DNA of 64,000 nt from Camelus ferus (lineage: Eukaryota): the NCBI RefSeq assembly GCF_009834535.1, contig NC_045698.1, positions 2,110,001-2,174,000 on the forward strand, read 5' to 3'. The notes under the pieces were generated by a model. It was not told where the DNA came from, ran no database searches, and saw only the letters and a list, made by a program, of their open reading frames with translations. Both the position numbers and the translations under genes were made by a program. Numbering within the stretch: the stretch's first letter is position 1; each line of letters begins with the position of its first letter. Positions 13,150-25,120 of the stretch are shown here, one piece after another.

Positions 13150-13679
13150 CATATTCGCTATCTGTTGCTGCGTGGGAAGTTACTAGAAGTCAAGTGGCTT
13201 AAAATAACATGCTTTTATTATCCCAGAGGCATTGTGAGTCAGGAGTCTGGGCGCAGTGCGGCTGGGCCTTTCTTGGTGGCAACCGAGTGGCTGCCGGGGC
13301 TGCTCTGGAGGCGAGCTGTGGGGGCGCTGCTCGTGGGCTCGCTCCGGGAGCGGGCAGAATTCATCTCCACGTTGTTCTAGAACTGGGCGGGCAGGGGGGG
13401 CCCGGCTTCCCTCTGGTGTTGGACGGAGGGTGGCCTCAGCAACGAGAGGCCCCCCTCAGCTTCTGCCTCTTGGGTGTCCCTACACGGGCCTCTCCAGAGC
13501 CAGCAAGGGGACAGAACTCCAGCGCGCATCTGTGTGCTCCCCAAGGGTGGCGCGGTGTGTCCCAGCAGAGACATCCTAACAACCTAGCACTGTTGTTGGG
13601 CGGGTCGGGTGGGCACGGTCACGGGCGCAGACACCACAGAGTGAGCACCACTGGGGTCACCTGGAGTCCGCCTGCCACA
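13150..13679 (-). mobile_element. MaLR LTR, MLT1E/F-like, decayed
   Basis: Starts ctatctgttgctgcgt...gtggcttaaaataacatgcttttattatc...gtcaggagtctggg and ends ggggtcacctggagtccgcctgccaca, resembling antisense MLT1F termini. Confidence 0.65.
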
Positions 13680-13940
13680 CGTGTGCAAAGCCTGGCTGAC
13701 ACGCCCACCCCAACGTGCGTCTGGTGGTGCAAGGCGTGTGGGCCTGCGTGTTTGTTCGTTTGCTTTAGAGACGCCGTGAATGTATTGCAAGTGCTGTTTC
13801 CTCAGGTTTGTCGCATTTCCAGGGTCTGGTCGCTTACTGAGGTGGAGTCCGCGTGTCCTCGCGAGGGGACAAAAGCTGCACCTCTCAGGTCCGGCAGCTT
13901 CCGCCTACCCCACACCACGTCTCCTACCAGGGCCGATCTG

Positions 13941-14641
13941 CGCACACACCACGCACACACCACACACAACATACACACAGCACAAACAACACACACACAC
14001 ACAAACAACACAACACAACACACACATCACACACAACAACACACAACACACACACTCATACACACACACACCACACACCACACACACACACACAACACAA
14101 CACACACAAACAACACACACACAACAACACACCACACACAACACTACACAATACAACAACACAACACAAACCACACACAATACAACACACAAAACACTCA
14201 CACCACACACACCGTACAACACACAGAACAAAACACACACAAAACACACAACATACACATAACACACAAAACATACTCTATACACACCACACACAAGACA
14301 CAAAACACCACACACAACACCCACAACACAACACACAAAACAACACACTCAACACAACACACACAAAACACCACACACAACACATGCAATACACAACACA
14401 ACACACACGATACAACACACAACACATAACACAAAAAACACACACACCACACACTACACACACCACACACAATACACACACTACACACGCAAGATACACA
14501 ACACACAAAACACCACACACAAGACATACACACCACACAACACGACACAACACACAACATACACTATACACACAACACACGTAACACACACGCAACACAT
14601 GCACACAACACACACACACATCCGTAGACACACAAACACAC
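13941..14641. repeat. ~700 bp degenerate CA-rich simple repeat (CACA/CACAA/CACCA)
   Basis: Directly visible; the + strand is almost entirely C and A. Confidence 0.97.
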
Positions 14642-15745
14642 TTTTGGAGGGAGGAGGATATGTCTGCTCATTTTGCCCAGTTTGCTTTCAGGATTTCTGG
14701 GGAGCCCTGATTTCTGTGTGGTCTCTAGCAGAACCCCACTGCGCTGCGTGACCTGGGAAACGCTGGCCGGTCTCTGGGCTCCTGGCTGTGGTCGCAGCCC
14801 CTCCTCATGCAGCCCTGGGCACGACCCCCCTGACACACCTCCCCCGCTGCGGGCCGGGGGCTGCGCACTGGCCCCGCCGCCTCACAGAGCCCTGCTTTCG
14901 GAGCGGTGCCCTCTAAGTGTCTCTTCAGCAGCTGGGCGGCAGCTTCCGTGCCTGGACAGACTTCCCACCTGCGGGGACGTGCCGGGGCAGGTGGCGGTGC
15001 GGAGCCTGGGCCGGCCGGCGCTGCCCAGTGTGCACCCAAGGTGCGCAGCTGGGGGCTGTCTGTAGCGCTCGCTTGGCGGCCAGCGATCGCAAGCGGGCCG
15101 GGATTCGCATCCAGGCTGGTGACTGTTGCCAGCGAGGAGAAGGTGGACGCTCTGGTCCAGTGAGGCCGATGGTGGGCTGGGCTGGACCCCAGACGTCCCG
15201 GCTCTCTGCTCCACACTGATGGACTATGGACAGCGGACGTCAGGACCACAAAAGGAAAATGTGGAGAGATCGGGCAGAACCAGCCCTCCTGCTAGAAAAG
15301 ACAGCTGCAAACACTCGCCTCATTCTGACCACGCACCCACACAGTCTGGGTCTAAAGGGCTGTGCACAGGCATCCTGAGGGACAGGCCACGTCTGGGGCT
15401 CCTGGCACCAGAGGCCTGCTCATCTAGGTGGCCACCGCCCGCAGCGTCCGACGGAGAGGTGCCTGGTTAGCAGGAGTGAGGTCCCTGGGGATGCGGAGAC
15501 CCTGGTCCACCTCCCGGGTAGGTGCATTGGCTGTCACGGGGCACGGACGGCACGTGGACCTGAAGGGGAGGGAACGGGCTGGTGCAGAGGCTGATGCCTG
15601 AAGGAGCTCCTGGTGGACCCTTGGTGCCCGTGGCCGCTTGTTCCCAGCTTCACCTGCCACGGGACCGCTACATCCTCAGCTCCTCCTAAGTACAGATCTC
15701 CAGCTCACGGGACAGCCGCTGCCTGCGTAAAGGCAGACTGGTCCC

Positions 15746-16053
15746 TGCTGTGGTCTAAATATTGGTGTCTCCCCCAACTCAGATCTTAAAACCTAACCCA
15801 CGGTGTGATGGTATTTGGAGGTGACGAGGTCGTGAGGGTGGAGCCCCCACGAGGGGCTCAGGGCCCTGATGACGGAGGCCCCCAGGCTCCCTCGCCTCTC
15901 TCTGCCCCAGGGGACTGCAAGAAGATGCCGTCTGTGAACCGAGAAGCGGTCCTCACCAGACACCAGGTCTGCCGGCCCGGCCTCCAGAGCTGTGAGCCAC
16001 TGTTTCACAGCCCCCTCCCCAGTCTGCAGTCCCCGTGACAGCAGCTCGAGCTG
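15746..16053 (+). mobile_element. MaLR solo LTR, MLT1A0-like
   Basis: tgctgtggtctaaat...gtgatggtatttggaggtg...gagggtggagccc...agaagatgccgtctgtgaacc...cctcaccagacacc...cctccagagctgtgag follows the MLT1A/A0 consensus. Confidence 0.85.
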
Positions 16054-16143
16054 CGTTTTTGCCCCTAAGTGTTTAAACTGGATCTAACCTCTCTAACAGT
16101 GATTCCCAGATTTCACATTCTTAATTAAGCATATTTACAGGTA

Positions 16144-16214
16144 TTTTTAATATTGAAGTATAGCTGATTTACAATGTGGTGTTAGTTCCAGCTGCACAGC
16201 ACAGTGATTTAGTT

Positions 16215-16269
<55 letters not shown>

Positions 16270-16388
16270 CATTCCCTCTCAGGTTCCTTTCCATATGGGC
16301 TCTCACAAGATTGTGTGTGCACTGCCCGGTGCCGTGCAGCCAGGAGCTTGCTGGGTATCGGCTTTATCTACAGTAGAATCTGCTAATC
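16144..16388 (-). mobile_element. LINE-1 3' UTR fragment containing a (GT)25 microsatellite
   Basis: attgaagtatagctgatttacaatgtggtgttagttcc...cacagtgattt is the antisense L1 3' end; it resumes after the GT tract and runs to ctgctaatc. Confidence 0.85.
16217..16266. repeat. Perfect (GT)25 microsatellite
   Basis: 50 bp of uninterrupted GT, counted directly. Confidence 0.98.
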
Positions 16389-19300
16389 TCTGAGGGGTTC
16401 TAACAGAACCTTCTGGGCCCTGCCTGCACAAGTTCTGACTTGGGGGATCTGAGCTGGCTCCCAAGAGTTTCCATTTCTGACAAGCTCCAGACTGGTGGAA
16501 CTGCCACTGGCTGGCCAGGAATGCAGGAACGGAGGGTCCAGGTACACATGCCCAGGAGGAAGCAGTCAGAGACAGCGGGCATTTTAGAGGGTAAATGCAA
16601 TAGAACCTTACTAAAACAGTCCATGTCACGAGGGAAAGGAAACAGTGTGGAAACTATCCTGGAACAAAAGGGGTAGAGATGGAGAGCCGACAAGCTACTG
16701 TGCCGTCTGCTTCTGGGTCAGATCCTGGTTCCCAGACAGGACGCACCTAAAAGGAGGCTGCCTGGCATTTCCTGCAGGACCCGCTAGTGAACAGGATCCA
16801 TCGTCTCCTACGATGACCTCGGAGAGAAGGATGCTGGCAGAGTCTGGCCAGAGCTCGCCTCCTGGAGTCCACGCAGACCCGCTCTGAAGCTGGGTTAGCC
16901 ACCCGCAGGAGCACTTGGGCCGCGCCGGGCAGCTTCAGGGGCCCTGTGGCGTCTCTGGCCTTTTCTGATTAAATGCTTTCCTTTCTCCATGCACAAGAAG
17001 AGTTCAGAAAGGCCTAGATTTCACGCAGTGCAGCCTCGGTCATAGTCTTGCTTATGAACGTCTGTGTCTCCAATCATGTGAACTCACACAGACAAAAATT
17101 ATAAATACTTATCAAGTTATAAACATATACAAAACACACCTGCTCTCAGAAAACAAAACATCTAATCAATGGTCCAGACTTTTACCTTTTCATTCTGGTG
17201 TTCTGATGGACCAGCGACACAGCCCAAGCACATTCTTCCTTTAACGTAAAGAAGGCTACGAGAACTGGCCTGTTTCTGCTTTTACAGATACAGCTGAAGT
17301 TTGGTGGGGATTTGAAAGCATTACTTGTGTGAAGGAGTGACACTCGGCTGAGTGCACGTCGAGTCAGGGCGACGTTGCCCGCAGAAGCCCCTGCAGACCG
17401 TGATGCTGCTGTTATTCAGATCCGAGGTCACGTTCGACGGCGCTGAAACTCCTTGACGTTAAACTGCACCTTTAACTTAGCAAAATCGTCGGCTCTGCAT
17501 CAGACGGTATTTGTGCAACAACTCGGGCTTTTAGAACGGCTGGTTTTCTCAGCAGTCCTTCCAAGTGTTTTTTGAATTAGGAAAAAATATGTTTATTGGT
17601 TTATGTAACTGAAGACAGGTTATGAAATTCCCTCAGTTTGCCAAAAGCAAAACAGAGCTCAGAGTCCAGAAGATGTGTGACTTCTGGAAAACCATCATGT
17701 GATAATTTAATAAACATGGAGACGGTTTTTACATTTTTATTGAGGTTCACTAGTAACAGATGTTAAACGCGGCAGGCGCAGCACCATTTTATGCCCATGT
17801 TAGGGAAATGGACTCGCAAATCTCTCCATGCAGCTGCTGTTCCCACTTCTGGTTCAAAGCTTAGGGAATTCTCTGGAAATTCCAGTCACTGACCTTGGCT
17901 TGAATAAGCACGTGGGCCGTTTCATTTGTGGGAGGCACCAGTTCGGAGGCGATTTTGTTCATCGGTCCCTCCTCTCCTTTGCAGACTCATGGGAGTATAC
18001 TGGGGTCTTGTGCATTTCCACAGCACCGGGCACCCAAGGAGGGTTGGGTGCACCCGCCTGGGGGTGGAGGGCAGCGGGGTCTGGGCCTGATTCCAGGCTT
18101 TACCCCGGCTTCTTTCTCACGGAGGTGGACTTTGTATTAAACAGAACATGAGTGTAGAAAGGTGCCCACATGATACACGCATGGCACAGGGAGGTTTTTG
18201 CAAAGGGAGAACAGGGTGATCAAGAACGTTACAGGCACCCAGAGGCCTTCGTCAGCCCCTCTGGTCATTAGACAGGCCCCTCCCCCCGCAGTGAAAGGAG
18301 TCGGCGTTCTGTCTCCAGAGACCACGCTGCCCGTTGCTCACAGACTGCCCGTGTCTCCTCCCTTCCAGGGTGATGGGCGCGTGCGCTATTCCATCCTGAG
18401 ACACCCTCGGATTTACTGAATCAGCGTGACAGTTGGGTTATTTCCAATAAAATCTACAAAGGATGCTTCTGTAGACGCATTTGCCTGCCTTTTGTGAGCT
18501 TGTGTGAGCATAACTGTCAGATTTAAGCCAAGAAGTGGCATTGCTGGGGACGGTTGGGCACACGAGCTTTGCTCTGTGGCTGGACCCACCCCCAGCCAGT
18601 TCCCCATCCTCGCTGGGCCACGTGACCACCCAGCGTGTGCGCTGCTCCCCACGTGGGCAGCCCGCCTCTCCGTCCCCGGCAGAGCTGATCGGCTGTGAGC
18701 GGAGGGGCAGGTGCATCTGGAGCGCTTTGGGGCTCTGCGTGGCTCTCTGAGTGGTCGCTCCAGGAACAGAGCAGTGTAGGGAGCCAGCCCTCAGTGCTGC
18801 TCAGCACCTGCGATGAGGGCCTGCGGAAAGAGAGAAAGAGACTTAAATTAGGGGGAGAACGTTCATGTCCTAAGTAGGAGTTGCTGATTCGCTCAGACAG
18901 GTTGTCCAGATTCTGGAAGATTCCAGCCCAGCCCAGGGAAAGAGAGGTGGGTCTCCCACCCACCCACCGCAGGCTCAAGTGTCCTAGAAAGGCAGCCGAA
19001 GGGATGGGCTGCTCCAGCGGCCAGGGTTGTTCATCTGCTGTTGAGTCACTCACTAAAAGCTGCCCAGCTCTCGCCGTGGGCCAGGCCCGCGGGGTCCCGG
19101 GCTTAGCGCTGGGACGTCCCTGTCCTCTAGAAGCACAGAGCCTCAGGAGGCAGGAAGCCCCCCCTCATCAGACTGTGGGGCTCAGGAGGCGAGGTGCATC
19201 CCCCCACTCCCCAGGACGTCTTGTCCACCTCCTACTCCCTGCCCGGGAAGCGTGGGCAGAGCTTGAAGCTCCGTCAGGCCTTCAGAGTGGGGAAGAGCCT

Positions 19301-22022
19301 GCCCGGGAGAGGGACGAAAGGAGGGGCTGGAGAGCTATTTCTAGAGACGTTATTTGTAGTTATTCCCAGAAAGGGGAAAACAGTCCCAAGCACCGCTCAG
19401 CCCCAGCTGGGCACGATCTGTGATCTCACAGCATCTTCAGGCGAGTCTTCCACACACTCATGTCTCTCTCTTCCGAAAGGCGGAGAGGACGGCCGTTCGC
19501 CACACCCAGGGAGAGGTGCGGGGGCCCCGGGCAGGGACGAAAGCGCGGTCAGCACACTCCAGTCTCGGCGCCAGGCTTACCCCGCCCCCCAGCCCTTCGC
19601 GCCCTGAGCCTGGGGCAGCCCTGGCTGGCGGGAGCGGGTCTGGGCGGTGAGGTGCAGTGACACAGACCAAGGAAGGCTCTGTCCTGACCTTCACCAGGCA
19701 CAGGAGTGAGTCCCCACCAAGCCACACGGCGCGTGAGGTGTAAGAGAGGTGCCGACCAGAAGCTTCTGTGGGGTACACTCTGTCGGTGCTCACGGCGGTG
19801 GGATACGTCTTGACTCCCAGGGAGGAGGAGGCCACACCGCAACGTGGGACGGGTAAGGACCTGCCGCTGACTGGCCGGGCCTTGAAGGACCTGGAGGTAG
19901 GACTTTCTGTGGGTTTTAAAGCTGATGCGTGCCCAGTGCAGTAGAGTGCAAAAATCCCCTAAATCTCACCTTGCAGAGAAAGCCACCCAGCATTCTGGTA
20001 ACCATCTCCCAAAGGCAATCGTCCACCTTGGCCTGAATCAATGAACTCTTGACCAAAAACAATGCCTTCAATTAAATCAGCGCATCTTAACCTCAATCAG
20101 CAAAAACCCACGCTTGAGAAGTCTGCACGTCCCCGGGTGTGCGTTGAGGCTCACGTCACAGCACTCTGGGAGCTGTCGTGTCCCCTTTCTCTGCAGAAGG
20201 GTGGACACTAGATGGGGAGGGAACAAAGGAAATTAAACACATTTAAAATATTTTTATATTTAAATGATAAATTTCTGTTATATGCGTGTAACGTGTACAT
20301 TGTGTTACATAAAACAAGAAACATGTTATATTGTCATGCATTGCAAATGAGATCTTTGAAATTATAAAATGGAAATACTTTATAACTTAATGTGACAATA
20401 AGCATAATTTAATACATAAAAATAATCATGTCTTTGATCGTTCAGAGGAGAGCAAAGTTTCTTGTAGCACCCTTCTTGGGTTCTCTGCGAAATGCGTACG
20501 ACACCCACGAAGAGAGAACCGTAAATGTGATGTTTCTGGAGTGTAAGGGGCGTCTTCGGTGAGGGCCTCTGTGGTCAGCTCGCACAATCTGATCTGAATT
20601 TAGGGTTCAAAGCGTTTAAGGCAGCTGTGCATTACTATTCATGTCTGCCTTCAGATTGGCCTCCTGGTCTATTGAAAGAGTCTAAATGAGAAATCTAACC
20701 TAGAGCAGGAAATCTTCCTTCTCCAGGCCAGCGAGAGACTCACGAGATAGATCTGAAATGGAAATTCCTCTTTATCATATTGGAAACCTTGTGTTTTCAT
20801 TCACACACAAGCTTGTCAGGTCCGTGGGAAGGAAGGCTGGTGAAATGGCAGGCCCCGGGGGTTTATAGTCAGGGTCAGGAGGGACCTGGACACGTGTCCC
20901 AGCCCCAGGTCGAGAGTCCTGCAGGACAGGGCTCCGCTCCTGGGATGACCTGAGGGTGGACCTTGACAGAGTCCCCAGCCTCTGGAACAACTCCCAGGTC
21001 CAAACAAGGAAAGATACACTGGGCAAAACAGGCAGGTGTCTGGCCTCATTCACATGCTCGCCCTGCATCCTGGACAGTCCCAAACCATAGCCCCGTGGTC
21101 ACTGTCTCCAATTGTCATCAACGCCTAATTCGTCCATCTCCTAGGTCATGTTCTTGAGATCACTTCAGCTGATAAGGAAAAAACCCCTTCACCAATCCTG
21201 GTCCATTTGGAGCCTATTGTGAACCAGGCACCAGCCCAGAACAGCATTTCTGCTTCAGAACCCACAAGGGGCGTGGCCGCGTCTCTTCTCTTGTGTGTCT
21301 TCTGCATAACAGTTGCCAGTTAAAGAAAGCTGCCTTAATAAGTTAAGGAAATGCCAAGAAAGCTTCAAACCGAGGAGAGTTCGATGAATTTTCAGAGTTA
21401 TTTCTGATTCGTCCAAGTCTGAAAGAGGCACGGACGGCTGAAGCGCACCTGCTCCCTGCAGAACCGTGACCGCCAAGGTGAGGCTGCACCTGGGGAGCTT
21501 TTCTGCTGCAAGACAAGGCTGAGGCTTGGTGAGAGCTCTGGCCCTGGAACAGCATGTTTTGCTAAGTAAATGAGTTGTCTAGCCACGTGAAGTTAAAAAG
21601 AATTCTGGCGGAATAAAAACACGGCCGTTTGAAAAGCCATCAGTGGCTGTAAAGCAAACGAAGCTGTGCTTAAATGTGTGGCCGGGTGGGCTGCAGATGG
21701 CCTGGCCACTGCCCGGCCCTCATCCCAGGACATAGCCACAGGTTGTCCAGGCTAACAGGTTTGCTCATTTTCATAAACTCACTTTTTCTCACACGATAAA
21801 GCTAAGTCACCCATGAATTTGTTCATTTTGCAAGCATTTAGCAATGACCTGCATGCAGAGTAAGGTCCACCAGCAGTGGTTGGAACTGGGGAAATATGAA
21901 AGCATGTTTAAGGTGTTCGATCTGAAGGAATTCAAAATTTATAATTAAAAAAGAGCAAGAGAAATTGAGAATAAAGGCGAGTCCAGCTGCCCCTCTTGCC
22001 TGGCTTTCGTTTTTCCCTCTCT

Positions 22023-22121
22023 AGGCAGGAACTTTGATGTGTGTTTCTTCACTGATTTATTTCTGGGGCTCAGAACAGGGCCTGGTACCCAGTAGGCATG
22101 CAATAAATACCAGTTGAATAA
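22023..22121 (+). mobile_element. L2 LINE 3' end relic
   Basis: cagaacagggcctggtacccagtaggcatgcaataaataccagttgaataa resembles the L2 terminus (cagtgcctggcacatagtaggcgctcaataaatatttgttgaatgaa). Confidence 0.65.
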
Positions 22122-23145
22122 GCAGAGACAGACACCCTCACTTGGAATCTACGAAGGCTGGCAAGTACGTAGGAGGTGAAAACAGCAAGGCGGAGCCGCC
22201 CTCTCGCGTCCTCTGTCTCCAAGGGCCAGAAGACTTACCTCCATCAGCCGAGGCCATCCAGTGACTTTCTGGGTTCATCCTCCCTCATTCTTGGTGGTGC
22301 CAAGAGTCTTCTGAGGCTGGACCAAGGTTCCAATGTAAGGAGATCATGTACTTTGCCGGCTGGGGTAGTTCTCTGGATGCCCCTTTGTCCTCCACGACTG
22401 ACCTCTGGCCTCAGGGGGTGGCTGGCCGTGCCCCTCGTCTGGACCTCAAGGGCACTTGGGACATGCGGCGTGGCTGCCCCCACACAGAGTCACAGACACA
22501 GGCCTCTTTCTCTGCCTGGGCGGGACAGAGGGGACGCTGGGGGGCTGGCAGGAGGTGGGAGACATGGTGCCCTTTTGGGGCCCCCAGACTCTCCTCCACT
22601 TGCCATCACAGCCCCCTCCCTGTGGACCTTGCCCCAGGGGACAGAACACCCCCTTCCCCAGGAGACACTTCAAGAGCCTTCTAGATTTTCTTTCCAGCCC
22701 CTGGGGTTTCTACGTTGTCCTAAGGCAGGGACCTAAAGCCCTTCTATTCTTCACAATTTGTTTGTTTTTTAAGGAAAAACCCTTTCTGTCTGTGGGGCAC
22801 ACTTGATTCTAGGAGGCATTTCTGTTTCTGAAACCGACCCCCAGCCTCCCCACTGTTCCTGGAAGCAGAGGCTCCCCCCACCACTGCCCCCTGGGGAGGG
22901 GGCACTGGGTGGGATTGGGGTGATGTCGGGGACTGGTCCCCCCTCTCAGCCTGACCGCCTGAGGCCCAGACGCCTGGGGGTTAGGGCTGTGAAACGCCTG
23001 GACCATGCAGGTGACGGGTCCCCATGAAGACAGGTCGTGGGTTCCCCTAAACACATGTTTAAAGATTCCCTTGCTGTGGGAGACGCTCCATTTGAGCTTG
23101 ACTCTCTCTCTCTCTCTGTGTGTGTATATGTGTATATGTATGTAA

Positions 23146-23266
23146 TTTTTTTTGACAGGAAGGTAATTAGGTTTATTTATTTATTATAATGCAGGTACTG
23201 GGGGTAGAACCCAGGACCTCGTGCATGCTGAGCGCTCACTCCACTACTGAGCTATACCCTCCCCCC
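23146..23266 (-). mobile_element. tRNA-Ala-derived SINE (camelid vic-1-like)
   Basis: Reverse complement reads GGGGGGAGGGTATAGCTCAGTAGTGGAGTGAGCGCTCAGCATGCACGAGGTCCTGGGTTCTACCCCCAGTACC, a tRNA-Ala(AGC)-like head with A/B boxes, followed by AATAAATAAACCTAATTACC and an A tail. Confidence 0.85.
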
Positions 23267-23282
23267 TATCTTTTATATATTT

Positions 23283-23370
23283 TAATTTAGTTTTGAAACA
23301 AATTTAAGTTAACAGAAAATTGTAAATAGAATGCAGAGGGTGTCAACTCTTTACCTAGCTTTCCCAGTGT
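23283..23370 (-). mobile_element. Old L1M (L1MC/MD-like) 3' end fragment
   Basis: ttttgaaacaaatttaagttaacagaaaattgtaaatag...ctttacctagctttccc resembles the antisense L1MC/MD 3' terminus. Confidence 0.5.
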
Positions 23371-23567
23371 TTTCTTTTTTCAAATAGAAATGTTAAAATT
23401 TGAAAAAATTATTTTTTTTTAACATTTTCTGTGTTTGAACCAGGAGAATCATCCAGCACCACTCAGTCCACACTCCTGCCAAAGCTGAACCTGGCTCAAA
23501 TCCCTGAAGAGGCTTTCTGATAGTGCTTTGTTTAATAGGCTTCCGTCCAGTAGTAAGTCCCTCTGGA

Positions 23568-23790
23568 GTATGTGTGTGTGATGGGTGGTGTGTATGTGTG
23601 TGTGTGTGGTGTATGGGGCGTGTGTCCATGTGTATATGTGTGTGTGGTATATGTATGCATGCACACGTGTATGTGTGTGGCGTGCACGTGTGTGGCACAT
23701 ATGTATACGTGTGTTGTGTGTGTGGTGTGTGAGTGACGGGTGGTATCTATGTGCATGGTGTGTGTCTATGGTGTGTGCATGTGCGTGGGC
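23568..23790. repeat. Degenerate TG-rich simple repeat
   Basis: Visible gtgtgt/gtatgt/gtggtg tract. Confidence 0.9.
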
Positions 23791-24199
23791 TGTGTTTCCA
23801 CCTGCCCAGCTAAGGCGCCGCGGTCACACAGTCCGGGCCACCGGGCGGCGGGCAGTGTGAGGGGACCCTCTCCCTCTGACAGCGGAGCCCGGTCCCGGCC
23901 AGTCAGCGGCAGAGGCACCAGCCCGCCTCAGTGCAACAAACCACTCCGGCGTGAAGTTCCCCGAGGGGGGACTTGGGGCACTTGGCCTGCTGGTTTCCGG
24001 CTCGGGTGGGCGCAGGGGGTTTAAGGCATGGGCAGGGGCTGGCCCCCTCCTTTGGGAAAGAAGCGAGACCTGTCCCCTTGGCCGTGTGAGACCATGGATT
24101 GTTCCCAGTGACAGCACAGCTGATGGCTTTTAAATATCAGAGTCTTTGAGTGGCCAGGAAACTGGCTATTTTTGCTGTGATGTTGGCCTGATCCCCATA

Positions 24200-25120
24200 A
24201 AAGAGCGGGCATGCGACATGGAGTCCACAGCCCGGCGGCCTCCCTGGCCACCGTCAGGCCGGACACCCTCCCCGCCCCGCCCCCCCCGCCCCCCCGCAGA
24301 GGGACTGCGGGCAGGGCCCCCCGGGGCTCTCAGCCGGGGCTCAGCGCCAGCAGCGCCGGGCCTCTTGCTCTGGCCTCAGATGGCGCCTTGGAGGGGTCGG
24401 CAGAGGACTTCGTTAATCTAGTTGGCGATTGTTTTTCTCTTTAAAGGTGATGACTTTGAACCACTCCTCACACGGCGGCGATGGAACAAATTGCAGTGGG
24501 ATCTGAGCCTTCCCCCCACGTTCTCTCAGCTAAGGGAACTGACCCCGCAGCCCGTGCCCTCCCGCGGCAGAGCCCGGGGCGCCCGCCGAGGCGGCCCCGG
24601 GGCCGAGTCCCAGCGGAGGGCGCGGGCGCGCCTGCCTGGGGACAGGGGTGACGCCACGTAACAGGAAGCCCGGCGACGCCGGCAGACGCTGACGTCACGT
24701 GGAGGCCGCGGCCGCCGTCCCCTCGGCCGGGAGCAGGAAGCGCTGATGCCCGGGCGTCCGGCGATGCCAGTCACGGCGGCGACCGGCGCGGCGCGGTTAA
24801 TGTTTTGTGGCGTTTACGACCCGCTGTGAAAGGTTTCTTCTGCAGACGCTCTCCCCGGACTTCTTCATTTTCACCCAGATTTTTTTTTTCAAACCACAAA
24901 AGAAACAGGACAATATGTGAAGGTTCATTAATTCTCTTTGGTTTTGATTTCCCCTTCTCTTTTCTCGCTCGCCTCCTCCTGGAGGTTAAACAAGAGGCCT
25001 GTCCCCAGGCTTCCCATAAACTCTGGTTCACGGGAGGGTGAGGGGGAGGCAGCGAGCAGCCGGCCCTCCTCCGGCCCCCGGCCTCCCGCGCCCGCCGGCT
25101 TACAGCCTCCCTGATCACCA
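24200..25120. promoter_or_regulatory. CpG island with CRE/E-box, ETS and GC-box motifs (promoter or enhancer)
   Basis: Very high CpG density at 24540-24800; GC boxes 24266-24297; TGACGTCACGTG 24690-24701; TGACGCCACGTA 24649-24660; CAGGAAG at 24662 and 24734. Confidence 0.7.

Noticed and set aside
13209..14429. 406-aa ORF and overlapping His/Thr/Gln-rich or Cys/Val-rich ORFs
   Set aside because: They run through an MLT1 relic and the CA-rich repeat, which lacks stop codons; the protein composition simply mirrors the repeat.
23190..23266. tRNA-Ala gene (also 29725-29799)
   Set aside because: Both have mutated stems/boxes and continue into a shared non-tRNA tail and A-rich end, so they are SINEs rather than tRNA genes.
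24370..24390. CTCF/YY1 site (ggcctcagatggcgcc)
   Set aside because: Only a partial match to either consensus; cannot be supported without a PWM score or ChIP data.
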